DNA from: Phaeosaccion multiseriatum
Lineage: Eukaryota > Protista > Ochrophyta, other classes
Assembly: GCA_965112735.1 (NCBI GenBank)
Contig: OZ218963.1
Span: 868,001 to 932,000, forward strand
Reading direction: 5' to 3'
DNA length: 64,000 bases
Positions 39,078-52,595 of this stretch are shown here, piece by piece. The notes below the pieces were generated by a model that saw nothing but the letters and a program-made list of their open reading frames with translations, was not told the origin of the DNA and made no database searches. Every line of letters begins with the position of its first letter. Position 1 is the first letter of the stretch. The translations under genes and the position numbers were made by a program.

Positions 39078-41765
39078 ATGGCGCCGAATGATGTGGCAGT
39101 GCGCCTTGCTTCTCTGAGGAGGAAGTACTGGGATGATCTTAAGTATCTGCTGGCGGAGTTTGCCAAACTCGAGGGCGAGATGGGCGAGGAAGTGCAGAGG
39201 CCTGAGCCGAGTCAGCGGGCGGGTAACAAAAAGGCAGACAGCACGGAGGCTGGCTCCGAGCCCACAGTGGGCGCCCCTGGATCGCGCGACCTGAAGCAGG
39301 CCAGGGTGCAGTTCTTTGTGCAGCACCTGAGCAGGTGAGAAAAAAAACCCGGAACAGGGGCGGAAAAGGGGCGAAACTGGTTGTTTACGATGATCCCGTC
39401 TGATTGTTTAATTGCCCCGCGCCGCCCTCTTTGCCCTGACCGTAGCACGATGGATCGCATGGAGCAAGGGCGGCTTGGCAACTACGACTTTACTCCCGCT
39501 CAGATCGATTTGCTGGAGGAGCACGTTTGTCAGCGATTGTTACCTGTGAAGCGGCGCCTGGTCTCTCAGCTGAAGCAAGCTTCCGCTAGTGCGGATGGGG
39601 ACGTTGAATTCTTGGAGAGTACATCTTCCGCCGGCAGAAGATTGGACAAGAAGGGCGGGAAGGCAGCAGCGGATGGGGCAGCAGCGATGGACCAAGAGGG
39701 AGACGGGAGCGAGGGAACCTTTGATGACACCACAACGGAGGAGCAAGACGACTTGTCCGACGACCTCGAGATGATTGGGCTTGACTTTGGCATTGACGAC
39801 GGGCTGGACGAGAGTCTCGCCGACTCTTTTGACACGCACTGTCGGCAGGATAATGGCAAGGCGGGGGCTTCGGAGGCTGGCAGCGGTGGGGGGAAGGGGG
39901 GGGAGGCACCGTGGATGAAGGAGGACGACCTGGGTGGCGCGTTGTTGGAGGACGGGCTCGGTGTGGGGGGGCTTGCGCTGTCCAGCGAGGAGGAGCACAA
40001 TGACAACGAGGCCTTCGCGCCAGAGTCGGAGACAGGGGCGGGCGGGCTGGGGGGGGCAGGAACGCCTTTGGAGGGCAACCACAACCACCACCACCACCAC
40101 CACCACCACCACCACCACCGTGCACAGCAGAAGGGCGAAGAGGGAGGCCAAGAGAAGAGAGCGAGAGGGGCTGAGGTACCCGCGGGCGAGGCGTGCGCTC
40201 ATGACCACGGGTGTCTCGACTTGGACTTCGATGGCTTTGACTTTGACTGCACTGCCGAAGACACGGAGCAGCACCTCCAGCTGGATATCGGCGATGTTGA
40301 TTCCTTCTTCAACGCGGGGGGGGAGCTTCTTCCACAGGCTGCAGCATCTTTGACGTCAGCAGCATCGGCTGGAAGGGAACAGGGAGCAGCCCGCCTCCTC
40401 TCTGCTGTCAAGACTGAGCCTTTGAATGTTGCTGCCGCTGGAGCAAAGGCGGCAACAACAACGAGCTGCTCTTCTGCGACGACTGCTGCTGCTGCGTCCG
40501 CACACACTCACACAATGGGTGAGAAGCGGAGACAGGACCACACCCACCTGCCGGCTTTTTATCAAATACCGCACCTCCACGCCGAGCAGCAGCCTGTCTT
40601 CCAAGTACCGCACCAACGACCGAGGAAGCGCCAGCGATCGCTGCTACCGCTGCTGACTCAGTCGAGGCCGGTGCACTATGAGTGCTCCCAGTGCAAGGAG
40701 GTGTACACGCAGGAGATTAGCTGCAACCCGTGGTGGGCCCTTTTTCAGCAGGAGTGCCCCAAATGCCATCAGACGCAGGTGCCCCGGGTGGACATTTCCA
40801 AGCCGTCCAACAAGGTGGATTACCACACGGCCATCATGCGCGCTGCAGAGGACGGGGGCAGCGAGGCGGAGTCGGACTTCAGTGACGACAGTGACTATGA
40901 CACGGATGATGACGTGACGGACAGCGAGGAGGACCCCAGGCCCATGCAATTGCGGGGGTCGCAGGGCGGGGTTGGGGGGGGTCCCGGGCAGAGTAGCACG
41001 TGGACGTCGGCCTCCAGCGCAGCGGCGGGTGGCGTCGCAGGAGGGAAGGGGGCAGGAGGTTCAACGAAAGCAGCAACAGCAGCAGCAGCAGCAGCAGCAG
41101 GAGGAGGAGGAGGAGGAGGAGCAGCAGCAGCGCCAGGAGCAGCACAAACAGTGAAGCACTTGCGTCTGAGCCCTCTTCAGGCCGCCAAGCTGCTCGTGCT
41201 CATGAGCCACTCCAGGGCCTGTCCGGGGCACCACAAAAACCCCCACCACCAGGAGGTGTGCCGCAGCACCAAGTTCCTCATGCTGCACATTCGGGATTGT
41301 AACGGCAAGTGCACCTTGCCGGACGGGACCATTGCCAAGTGCCCGTACTCGTGGTGCCGCCCGAGCAAGTCGCTGCTGTACCACCTGGTGCATTGCGCAT
41401 CACCGTCTACTTGTCCCATTTGCAACCCCATCAACCTCCCCAAGCCGCTGCAGGACCTTCGCGCGCTCAATGAGGTGACAGCCGCGACGGCGGCGGCGAA
41501 GGTGGCTGCAACTACTGCTACTGCTACTGCTACTACTGCTACTGCTACTGCTACTACTGCTACTGCTACTACTGCTACTGGGAGGGGGGTTGCAAGCCTC
41601 CCTCCTGCGGCCCCTTCGGCTCCTTCGGCTCCTTCGGCTCCTTCGGCTAGGGCCTCGGCTCCTCTCTCCACTGCAGCGCCCTCGGTGGCTGCGTGTGGCG
41701 GGGCTGCAGCGTGTTTGCCCCCGGTGGCTGCGGCGCCGTCGTGGCCCAAGGTGGGGCGCGCCTAA
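39078..41765 (+). CDS. Zinc-ribbon plus TAZ zinc-finger protein (putative transcription cofactor)
   Basis: Exons 39078-39334 and 39446-41765. YECSQC...NPWW...ECPKC ribbon; TAZ pattern LLVLMSHSRAC...C...K..MLHIRDC...C...WC...K.LLYHLVHC....CPIC; poly-His tract. Confidence 0.85.
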
Positions 41766-42538
41766 GTCGTCTGTGCTGCGCGAGAGGGGGGGAAGGTGTG
41801 TGCTGATGCATTGGATGCACAACCCCTGCGGCGGGAGACAGACACTCATACACTCTTCCCTTACGTGGGGCGGAAGGATATGGCGATGGACAAGCATGGA
41901 GGGAGGTAAGGAAGGAAGGAAGGAAGGAAGGAAGGAACATCCGTTTTGGGCTGTATATTACTATACTAAAACCTCCTCTTGCAAGGAAACAAACTTCTTG
42001 TGGGAATATAGAGGGAGGATTTTGCCACTACCACTGTGTACGTTACGAGTTCGACTATATTTAAAAAGGGGATTACGTAGTATTATGCTTATGGCACGCA
42101 GAGAGCTCGCCAAAAAAGGAACACACAACACACAAAAAAGATTGCGGAAGAGTTATACTATACGTTAAAAGTTTTTTTATATTAGAATTAATTTAGCTTG
42201 GAAGGAAGAGGGAAGGCAGGGGCTGTCCCGCACAAGCGAAACAATAGAATTAACTATACGGTACCATAAAAGGGGTTATAATAGAAAGAGTTACATGAAG
42301 GAACTGGGGGTCCCACCATTTGCAGCCCCCCCCCCCCCCACTTGGCCTTGAGTCCTTGCGTTTCTTACCATGCGTTGGGAACAGATTCTTCCCAACACAC
42401 AGGCAGGCGTGTGTGTGTATGACGACCCCGCCATGCGGCTGCTGTACACCAACTTTACATTTGCACAAAGCTGCTGTACACCAACTTTACATTTGCACAA
42501 ATTGTAGGATGGCGTGACAGTAAGTACATTGGAAGGCG

Positions 42539-43829
42539 TTACAGTTGCACGAATTGTAGGATGGCCGAGAGTAGAATGGCGGTGGGTATGGCCGACAAGA
42601 GGTATACTGCGGAGAGCGTCCTCGCCATGCTTCTTGCCAACTCCGGCTCCTTCTCCATCTGCAGAATGACCACGCTGTTCTGCGCGGAAGGCATGCAGCC
42701 CTGCATGAGCAACACGAACCACAGAAGCTTGTCGTAGGGGATGAGGCCGAAACGGCTTCCCGTCAGGAGCATGGCCGCGGCGCCCAGCGGCATGATAATG
42801 AAACGGGCCGCGCACACGGCAGATACCTGGTGTCAGAGGTCAGCGGTCAGGGGGTCACAGGGGTCGGGGAGTTGTAGGTAGAGGAGGAGGAGCAGCAGAA
42901 GGGAGAGGGGCAGGCAGCACAGGGAAGGGAGTGAGTGGAGGATGAATTCACAGTTGTTTCGCACCAGTCTCACGTGAAACGGAGACTGAGTGGATGGGGT
43001 GGAAGGAGGAGAGAGGGCGAGAGAGAAGGGGGAGAAGAGAGGAGAGAGAGAAGAAGAGGGAGGAGAGAGAGAGGGAGAGAGACAAGAGAAGAGAGAAAGG
43101 AGAGAAGGAGAGAAGAGAAAGGGATAAAAGAGAGGAGAGAGAGAAGAGGGGGGAAAGAAGAGAGAGAGGGAGCAAAGAGAAACAGGAGAGAGAGGAGAGG
43201 GAGAGGAGACAGAAGAGAGAAGGAGAGAAAGGATAGAAAGGAGAGAGAAGGAGAGAGGAGAGCGCCAGACGAGAGAGGGGAGAGAGGAGACAGAAGAGAG
43301 AGAGCGACAGAGCGAGAGTAGAGAGGGAAGAGAGGAGAAGAGGAGAAGAGAGAGAGCCCACCTTTTTCAAAAATGGTCCCGTCTTCCTGAGACTCGTCAA
43401 GGACGACTTGGCACCCCCCGCACCGGACCTGTTTGGACACAAAGGCCGGTGGAGACAGCGGGGATGGTGATGCAATCATCGCGTTGGAAGGAAGGGCGAT
43501 GAGACACATTACATGTTACGTAACGATATGTACGGCCACGTTGTGGTTTTCGACCCGTTCACCCGATCTGCACCCAGCCTTACTTGCTACCTTTACTCAC
43601 TACACGCCCTATAATACATATATTATGTATATATATATAATATATATATATATTATATATATCACCCACACACCTGGCGAACGAGCCCGCAAGGACGAGG
43701 ATGGCCGCGGGTAAGTACGCCGAGCCGAACGTCTTGAGGGCGTCAAACAGCGGCGACAGCGGCGCACCTGTGCGAAGTGGCAGCAGAAGGGTTGGCATGT
43801 GAGGACAACGAAGAAAGACAAGCAAGTTC

Positions 43830-43877
<48 letters not shown>

Positions 43878-45854
43878 GACATACACACACACACTCACAG
43901 ACATACACACATACACACATACACTCTCTCTCTCTCACACAGACATACACCAAACAAGCCGATGAAACCTTCCAATTCGGCGCAAGCACGGTCATAGGAG
44001 GGAAAGCCCCTTGAGAGGCCGGCTCCTCTCTCAACAAGGGGGGGGGGTGGAGTAACAGAGACACACCTGGCTGAACGAGAAGGGCTCTGATTGGGGGGCA
44101 CAACCCCGCCACGACTCCCAACAAGCAGCCCATGACGGGAGGGCTGGCCACGCGCTTGACGGTGGGTTTGGCCTTGAAACGCTGCATCTTCACCACGAGC
44201 TGTGAGGGTGGGTGTGTTTGAGAGAGTGAGTGAGTGAGTGAGTGAGTGAGTGAGTGGGTGAGTGAGTGGGTGAGTGAGTGAGTGAGTGAGTGAGTGAGTG
44301 AGTGAGTGAGTGAGTGAGTGAGTGAGTGAGTGCGCGTGCAAAGCGAGTGTAGAAGGTACAAGACATGGTGAGGAAGAATTGTTCGGGCACACTTGGGTGC
44401 CCAACAGAATGAATGGATGGAGAGGCCGAATGAAAGCATACCTTCTTGAGGATGCCGTACTTTGCCTCGCGGTCCTTGTCCGTGTCAGTCAGGGGCATGG
44501 AAGAGCTGGGCTTGCCGGCCAGCATGCTGTACCCTGCCGTCCAGAACATGGGGGACCAGCCCAGCAGGTAGAAGCTAATGTAGGCCACGGCAGAGGCGCA
44601 CAGAGTGGGGTCTGTGTCGAGAGGTGTCGCGTAGGGGAACAAGGTGAGAACGAAGGGAGAGACGGGAGGGATGCAATCCAACCCAACGTGATACAAAGGT
44701 GCACAGAGAAGAAACGACCGACAAAAGCTCCCCCCTCTTGACACACGTACCGATGTGAGCCCCGAAGATACTGTCCACAAAGAGCAGTGGCAGGGGCCCG
44801 GAGTTGCCGAAGCTGGTGCACATCTGCAGCTCTCTCCCCTCGGGGCTGCCGGGCTTCATGCCCACCACTCTCTCCATCACCTGTTGTCATCCATCGCCGC
44901 CAAGCAGGGTGGGGGTGAGGATACCGTGTGTGCGTGTTTCGGGCACCGAAAGACAAATTTTTTTTAACTCACCATAGCAACAGCCTGGCCGAATAAGATT
45001 TGCAGGCAGGCGAAGATGGGCAGGACTGCAATTTTGGCGTAGCTTACGCGGTTCGAAGCCAGCGTCAGCGCCACGTTCACAAAGAGCAGCGCCGGCTGGA
45101 ACACGTAAAAGATGAGGCGAGAGAGCACCGACAGCGCTGCCTGGTCCAAAACACCTTGGGGAGGTGGTGGAGGTTTGGGGGGGGGGGGGGGGACGCTGGT
45201 GTGAGGCCCAACGAACAATAGAGGGGCGTTTGACTTCTATTCTTCGCCGAACGCACCTTTCTTCGCTAGGCCAACCCCAACACCACAGCTGGCTAGCAGC
45301 TTCACGACGGCCTTTATCGCAGCCCTTACGACGGACGGCTGCATGTGGGTGAGCAGGTGCACCACTGACTGCCCCTGCACAAGGGCAATGTTCGCTAGAG
45401 CAGGCGAGTACGGTGCCCTAGCGGCAGACAGCGCAACAGGGCTCTTGTTGCTGGCACGACCATGACAGAGTGAGCTGCCTTCACATCTTTTAGGCCCCAC
45501 TGCTGGTGGTATTGCACCTGCTGCCGTCTGTCGTTGACGTTTGTTTTGCTTGCCCAAGCCACTCCCGTTCGTAGTCAAAGCGGCCATGGACATCAGAGGA
45601 GCAAGACATTTCCTGGCACTGCCAGCCGTGGAGGCAGAGGTGAATGCACAATGCACACCATCTATTGGCGTTGTCGATGGGCCCAATGCTCGCGCTCCTC
45701 GTCGCCCTGTGCTGAAGGCTGCAGCTCCTGACCAAAGTGGGGGGGATGTTACAAGGGGAGAAGGCGACGACAAGAAGCTGTGCGCCGCCAAGGGAAGAAG
45801 ACCGACACCGATTACACTCAGAGCGCCCACCAGGCCTGCTGCCCGCGGAGCCAT
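42539..45854 (-). CDS. Auxin efflux carrier family (PIN-LIKES/PILS-like) transporter with a bipartite presequence
   Basis: Eight exons. Motifs LSRLIFYVFQPALLF, FGNSGPLPL, SPPVMGCLLG, FGSAYLPAAILVLAGS, ARFIIMP and MPSAQN. The N-terminal hydrophobic signal ends AHS|F and is followed by a Ser/Pro/Arg-rich stretch. Confidence 0.9.
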
Positions 45855-45982
45855 GACACCTGAGCAGGCTTTTATTCAACAGTGGGACCCCGGGTAACCG
45901 AAATTCAATCGAACGGGCGACGACGTGAGCCACCAACATGCGAGGGAAAATAAAAAATCATCATCCTCTTCCTTCGTCCACG
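45855..45982. promoter_or_regulatory. Probable bidirectional promoter (128 bp between divergent start codons)
   Basis: PILS-like ATG at 45854 (-) and snurportin ATG at 45983 (+). Confidence 0.55.
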
Positions 45983-48225
45983 ATGGCCTCGTTCTCCAGG
46001 GACCCTGCTGAAACCCCGCAACGTCCAGAGCAGGGTGCTTCGCCAGACGCTGCTTCAAGCTTGGGGGCTAGAAGTAGCCGTCGAAACAATCCCAAATATC
46101 GCGATGCGAGAGCCAGCGACCAGGAGCGGAGGAGGAGAATGGTAATGGAGAGGCAGAAGGAACAGAGACGGAATCTCACAAACTACGCGCGGCACCTGGC
46201 GTTAGGAGATGGCTCGCCGGCGCCCGGAGGAGCGAAGGAAGGGGGGGAGGAGGTTTGCGGGATGGAAGGTGGTTCAGAAGTGGGAGACGCTGCTGCGATG
46301 GAAGTTGGCCGGGACAGACAAGAAGAAGAGGAAATGACAGGCTCAAACGGGTAAGATTGTGTGCTTCTTCATGTTCCCCTCGCTTCGGTCCTTATTGTTA
46401 TGCCCTCCACCTTCCAGCAGCAGCACCAGCAGCGGTAGACGCGTGGGGCAGCGGAAAAGGGCATTAGCCATGCGTCGGCAGTGGTGCGGAAGCCTCACGA
46501 CCCCCGAGTGGATGCTGGACGTGCCCGAGGGGCTCAACGGAAAGGGTCGCACAGATGGACAAGGTAGGGAAAGTACATGATGAGGGCAAACCGGCTATTG
46601 ATAACCTTGACCCATGTCCTAACCTGCCTGGTCCTGCAGGGTGGTTTGTCATGCCAAGGCCGGAGGGGAAGCGATGCATTGTGATCGCCGCCAAGGGTGT
46701 AACGGTCGCTCGCCTGATGAATGGCAACGTGTTCAAGAGGTGGACCTCCGCACTGCCCGGTGGGTCCCACCAAACCAACAAGGGGTGCGATGTGAGTAGT
46801 GGTAGGTAGTACCCTCCGTTTGCATTTGTGATGGTGTCGCCCCATGCCCTGTCTGACTCTTGGTGATGGACATTGATATTGTTCGCGTTTCATCTGTATG
46901 CCCCTTCTTTGAGGCTGATAAGCGCCTTTGACGTCCGACTGCTCCCTCGTACTCCTCTCACATCCTCCTGTCGCTCTGTCCACCCCCTCCGGGCAGGGCT
47001 ATTGCATCTTGGACTGTGTCTACCACGAACTCGACAAGACCTTTTACGTGTTGGACATGATGTCATGGAAGGGCTATCCCCTCTACGACTGCGTCGCGGA
47101 ATTTAGATTATACTGGGTACGTGCAGCAATTAGCGGCGAGGAGGGGAGGCAGGGGGGGGGGCGTCATTGTCATTGCTCTCTTTCCCGATTCCGACCTCCC
47201 ATCTCTTTCTTTGGTAGGTGCGGACAAAGCTTGCCGAGACCCTGAGCCCCCTCGACGTCGTGAATCGGGGAAACGCATACAGGATAGTGGTGAGTGAGTG
47301 AGTCCGCGACTCGTGCGTGTGTTCTCCTGAATCGCAGCCTCGCTCGTTGCTTCCCCCAAGCCGTAACTCTCTGCTCTGCGCATCTGTCTCTCTTCTGCCT
47401 GGGCTGGGCTGTCATGTCAGCCTACCCTCTACCAGGAGTGTGACTCGGAAGGGCTCCGAGTCGCGTACCAAGCGCCCCCTCCAACCGTGCCATTCATCCG
47501 AGACGGCCTGCTGTTCTTCGCCAAGGGAGGACACTACGCGCTGGGGGTGTCTCCTCTGGTGCTGCTGTGGAAAGACAGCCAATGCACCAGGTATCTCTTG
47601 GGGGCAGGGGAGGATCGCCAGAGTATTGTACTAAAGGTGAGTAGTAAGAAGTGGAGGGGTGGTATGGAGCACCAGGTAGTGTGATTGATGCAGTGACGAC
47701 ACCAACACCCCCACATCCTTTTTGGTCTCTTGTTCTTGAAAGGTGGGGAAGGACAGCGGAGGCGGAGGAAAGTCGACTGAAAGCACGCCTCTTGTGACCA
47801 GTGACGGCGTCTGTCTCGGAGGGCTTGGCACGGCGGGTCCCTTGCCTGCCTCTTCCTCTCCCTCATGGAGGGATGTCGCTGAGGGGGAGCTGTGGCGCTG
47901 CCATTTGGATGGGGCGGCGGAGATTGAGTACGAGGGAGACGATAGGGAACCGATCCAGCAGCAGCAGCAGCAGTTGGTGATACACCAGCAAGAGGAGGAG
48001 GGAGGAGAGCTGCAAGGAAAGGGGGCACCACCGCGGAAGGTCCCTGTGGTGAAGGGCTTGACTCTGGACAAGAAGTGCAGCCTTGCTCGGCCGGACGCAG
48101 ACAGCTGGAGCAAGATACTATTCCAAGCGCGGCTGAGGACAGGGGATGGGGCCCTTGATATCTCCGACCTCATCGCAGAGGCCACAGCACACAGGGGGGG
48201 GCTTTCAGATGATGGCATGCGATGA
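45983..48225 (+). CDS. SNUPN: Snurportin-1 (m3G-cap snRNP import adaptor)
   Basis: Seven GT-AG exons. IBB-like QERRRRMVMERQKEQRRNLTNYAR, then PEWMLDVP, WFVMPRPEGKRC, SALPGGS, ILDCVY...YVLDMMSWKGYPLYDCVAEFRLYW, DGLLF...Y..GVSPLVLLWKD and ADSWSKILFQ. Confidence 0.95.
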
Positions 48226-48312
48226 CAATGTATATATGTATACGCTTGAATCGGTTCTCTGTCTGCTCAGCAGCCAAGAATTGGGCAACTTGTTCCGTGG
48301 CCTCGTTTGTGA

Positions 48313-48981
48313 TTAGTGCGCACACGAGTGAGCCATTCCTATCCAGTCTCCGAGGTCTTCGCTGCCGAGGAAATCCGTAACTGTAGGCCTATGCCGCAGA
48401 GTCTCCGTGTCCACTTCAGGAGACGGCGCCTCGGCCGAGGGGGGTGGCAGACACCAGCGTGACGTCGACAAGGGCTCCTGGCCCGCCCGAGACCGCCGAC
48501 GCAATAGCTGCTGCTCTGTCACTAACTGCTGCTGCTTCAGGACAATACCCATCCGCCCGGAAGGCACGTGGAGACTCAGCCCCTTGACGGTTCGCAGCGG
48601 GTGGTCTGTACGCTTGAACGAGCACATCCCCTCACTGAAGGGGGGCCTTTGAAGACGATGCTGGCCTGCCCCAGGCACCTGCCAAAACGCAGCGCCTCCC
48701 TCCTCCCTCCCCCCTCCACGAGAGCCCCAGCTCGCAGGCCCTTCCTCACTCGGGTCCCTCTGCTGCAGGTAGGCTGAACCGAAACGCTCGTAGTGGATGC
48801 ACCGCTCTACTACCCTTGGGCTCGATGCAATCGGCACCGGCACCAAGCCAATACGCAGGTGATTGGCCTCCCACGGCCGTTGCCGCCGCTTCCCTCCGAG
48901 CCACATGTGTGTGCTGCACTGCTCGCCTCCTGTCTTGCGAGAGGTGCTCCACCATCGCCACTTCGAGCTCCCGCCTGCTGC

Positions 48982-49021
<40 letters not shown>

Positions 49022-50238
49022 CTCCCTTCCCTGTCGGGAACCTCTTCTACAGCCCCTCGCTTCTCTCCTCCTTCTCCCCCTCCTCCTCCACCACCACCAC
49101 CAGGTCCTCCTCCTTCGCCTTCTTCTTCTCCCCACTCGACGGAATCTCCGCTGAACGAGTCGCTGCTGAAGATCATGGATCCAGTCTTGTCCCCCTTCTC
49201 CCACAGTCTCCCCTCGTTGGGAAGCTTTTTCTTCGAACAGTAGAAGCCCTCCCATGTCTCAGCCCTACCACCCGAGAAACACAGTAGGGTGCCATCCACA
49301 CGAAAGAGGGACGAGGGCGAGCGAGAAGAGTAGAAAGAGGTTATGAGCACAAGGCCGTATTGGAACAGCAGCCTTTGGTGTGTGTGGCCATACCTGTACT
49401 CAAAGCTGGTTGCAAACTTTGCTAATTTGGACACGCCGCTGGCTTTAATCTTTCTCGAAGACACGAGGCTAAAAAGGTCGCGGGACGACGCCTGTTTTAT
49501 CGTTTGTAGGGCAAGCAACAAAAGCACGACACAACGCGGGTTGAGTTGTGTTGAAAAGCGCACACATTCAGCCCGCCCCGCGTTGTGCAAAGCATTACCT
49601 TGCCCGAATATATGAGGAGGAACTCTTTGTAGGGTAGATGCACTTCCCCGTCAGGCTCTGTCGCATTTTCCTCGTTGCCCAGTGACAAGTCCTCGCGACT
49701 GTGTCCCTCGAACACAGTCACCCGAGGCCTGCCGCTGCTGCCCCCATCCAACAGATTCGTCCGCGCCACGACGATGTCCAGCACCAAGTCCTGAGACTCG
49801 GCGTCCGGGCTTGAGGCGGAGGTCAGCTTCGGAGCGGTCTCAGCCTCTTCGAAGACCATGCGTATCCTACCCGTGAAGCTCGGCCGCTCCTATCGCCCGT
49901 GTGAGGAGTGAGTGGGGGGATAACGGAGGGAGGATAAGAAACATAAAGGGCCGCGACCTCCAAGAAGTATGCATACACACTCCCCCCTTCCTGCACTCTT
50001 GACGCACCTTTATGGCGTAGGTGAAGTACTGCATGAGATCGAGAATCAGGGCGTGATCCGTTTCGCAGATTCTGGAGTCGTTCTCGCGATCCTCACCGCG
50101 GCTCTCGGAGTCAGAGGCTGTGGCATTGTCTCCTGCATCTTGTTTGGTGCTGCTGGCGCCGCCCATCACGTAAATCATGTGATTACTCAGCGTTTCTCGT
50201 AAGTCAACGGGTGTCTCCGGCACCCCATCTTCCATCAT
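48313..50238 (-). CDS. Hypothetical protein
   Basis: Exons 50238-50008, 49889-49599 and 49491-48313 join in phase 0 with GT-AG introns. No domain recognised. Confidence 0.65.
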
Positions 50239-50299
50239 TTCTTTTGCGCGGGGGCGCGGGTAAGAGCGAGAAGGGAGAGCGGGAGAGGAAAGGGTTACC
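50239..50299. promoter_or_regulatory. Very short (61 bp) divergent intergenic region
   Basis: ATG 50238 (-) and ATG 50300 (+), from my gene models. Confidence 0.45.
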
Positions 50300-52459
50300 A
50301 TGTTTAAGCACAGGAATGAGCCCCTCCTGCCGGTAACGAGAGAAAGCCGAGGCTCAGGCGGGATTCGGCGCAGAGAAGCCAAGTCGAAATGGTCGCGATC
50401 GTTCTTGGTCAGCGCGCTCTGGCTCTTGATCAGTCTCGTTACAGTCCTGGTCGGGTACCTCTACTGCCTTCTGAAGGTGGGCTTTCGCTTCACGCGTGTC
50501 TTCTTCTTCTTTTTGACCCACGTCCGTTTGGGAACTCACTTATCAAACTCTGCTCTCGTGTCTGCAGATGGAGAAGGTGTCCCTGCACTGTGTCCCGGGA
50601 GGGCGCTGTGAAGTGAGCGTCACGAGGGGCTTGCGCGAGCACAGCCAGGTTCTGCACAGGGATTGGCTGCTTCGATCCGAGGTGGTCCGTCTGCTTGACG
50701 GGGAAGTGGTACGTTCAGAGGGACTTGTTCCACGGCAGGCTGTCCGTCCAGTCCGCTGCCCTTGGTCGGCCATACCTTGGCCTACCTTTGCCTGATGGCC
50801 GTGTGTGATTCTGGGCGCTGTCTCATGATAAACAGGTCGATACAACGGGGCTGAAACGCAAGCAGATGAGGAAGTTGGGTTACTCGTATCAAGTGTCCTT
50901 CAGAGACCCCCGGAAACAGACAGGACAGGCCGCTAAAGCAGAGTCCCCATCAGCAGACGAGTACCACAAGGCTAGATTAGAGCGCGTACAAGAGGGCCAT
51001 GCTAATGATGCGAGGTAAGGTCGTTGGACAGTTGTGCAGGACACGTAACTTTGCGCAAGTTCTAACTCACTGCCTGGCTATCACTTTGGCCCGGTGCGTT
51101 GCGAAATGGGGAGCAGACGGCCTGTGCTGGAGGACGTGCAGAGTGCGAAGGTGAATGACCCACAGCAGCAGGCGACGCAGAATGTCAAGGAGGGGAGCGG
51201 TGGGGCAAAGGGCGGTCGTAGCGAGAGGAAGCCCAAGGGGTCCGATGCGGAGATAGCGGAGCTCGTCGCCAGGAAGAAACGGATGAAGCAGGAGCGGAAA
51301 GAGGCCAAAGAGCCACCAGAAGATGTACGGGGAGGGGATGGACAACAGGAGGATGTTGGGGGTGGTGAGGGGGAGGGGGAGGGAGGGAGTAGACAAGTGA
51401 ACGAGGGGCCGCCTCCCGAGGGGGCGGCCAGGGAGCCAAATGCCGTGACTGAAAAACCAGGGCAAGCTGAGGAGCAAGGCAAGCAGGCGGGTCAAGAACC
51501 GGAAAAGGAAGGCGGAAGGGCGGAGGTAGAAGGGCAGGCGGGTCAGGAGCCGGAAAAGCAGGCCGGAGGGGAGGTGGTAGCAAGAAGGCTGCAGCAGCAT
51601 GCTCAAGCACCTTCGACTACAGAGGAGGGGCAGGCTGGAGGAGGGGACCCTGTACCTGTGGAGGAAGAGACCATGGAGGCGAAAGGCCGCAGCAAGGACA
51701 GGTACACTTTCTCTCTCTCTCTCCCTCTGTGTGTGTGTGTGTGTGTGTGTGTGTCATGTGTCCTTCACACTCTTTGCGACCACCCTCCCTCCGCCTCTTC
51801 CTCTCCACTCCACTCGCCACCCCAGGCGGCGGCTCGGCATCGAAAACGTGCGTGAACCTTTTCAGGAGCTGGCAAAGCTGGGGAGAGAGCTGGGAGGGCG
51901 CATTGGACTGGAGCAGGACGCAGGAGATGCACAGGACGGGGGAGCCTTGGGGGACAAAGCAGGGGCGGGGGTGGGTGGAGCAGGGGTGGATGTGGATGGA
52001 ACCGATGATGTGGAGTATCCAGAGGCTCTTGTGGAGCTGGGACAGGTCACGGAGGGGCGGCAGGGGGAGCTGGTGCTGCTCATGTCTACCTTCGATTTGG
52101 GAAAGTCGAAGGCCAGAAACCACCGCAGAGAGATGGACACCTTCATTCGAAGGTTGGTGAAGTCAAGTGAAGTGAAGGAAGGGACTGCCAATCTAGTCTT
52201 TGCTTAACCATCCCCTCCAACCCCTCCTACTTACACTCCTCTAACTATTCCTGTGGCATACTGTTACCCTCTTACCCTCCCCTTCGTCTCTCGGCTCGGC
52301 AGCAACAAGAGCGATGGAGAGATCCATTTCGAGGAGTCCAAGAAGTGGCGAGTCATGGGTGTGTGGCTCGTGGCCATGGGGGGGCTCTCGCTGTTCTTCT
52401 CTCTCATCATCGGCAATTTCACCGACTTGCGGGTGCGCCGGGCAGGCAAAGCCGTGTGA
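50300..52459 (+). CDS. Hypothetical membrane protein with two transmembrane helices
   Basis: Exons 50300-50476, 50568-50708, 50836-51014, 51117-51701, 51826-52152 and 52303-52459 splice in frame. TM1 FLVSALWLLISLVTVLVGYLYCLL; TM2 VMGVWLVAMGGLSLFFSLIIG. A low-complexity Glu/Gly insert lies between them. Confidence 0.75.
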
Positions 52460-52471
52460 TCATGCGCAACA

Positions 52472-52528
<57 letters not shown>

Positions 52529-52595
52529 GATTCTCCGTCGGCCACGACCGGATAAAATAACACTTCTCACTCCCAGTGCATGAAAGGCTTAAAGT

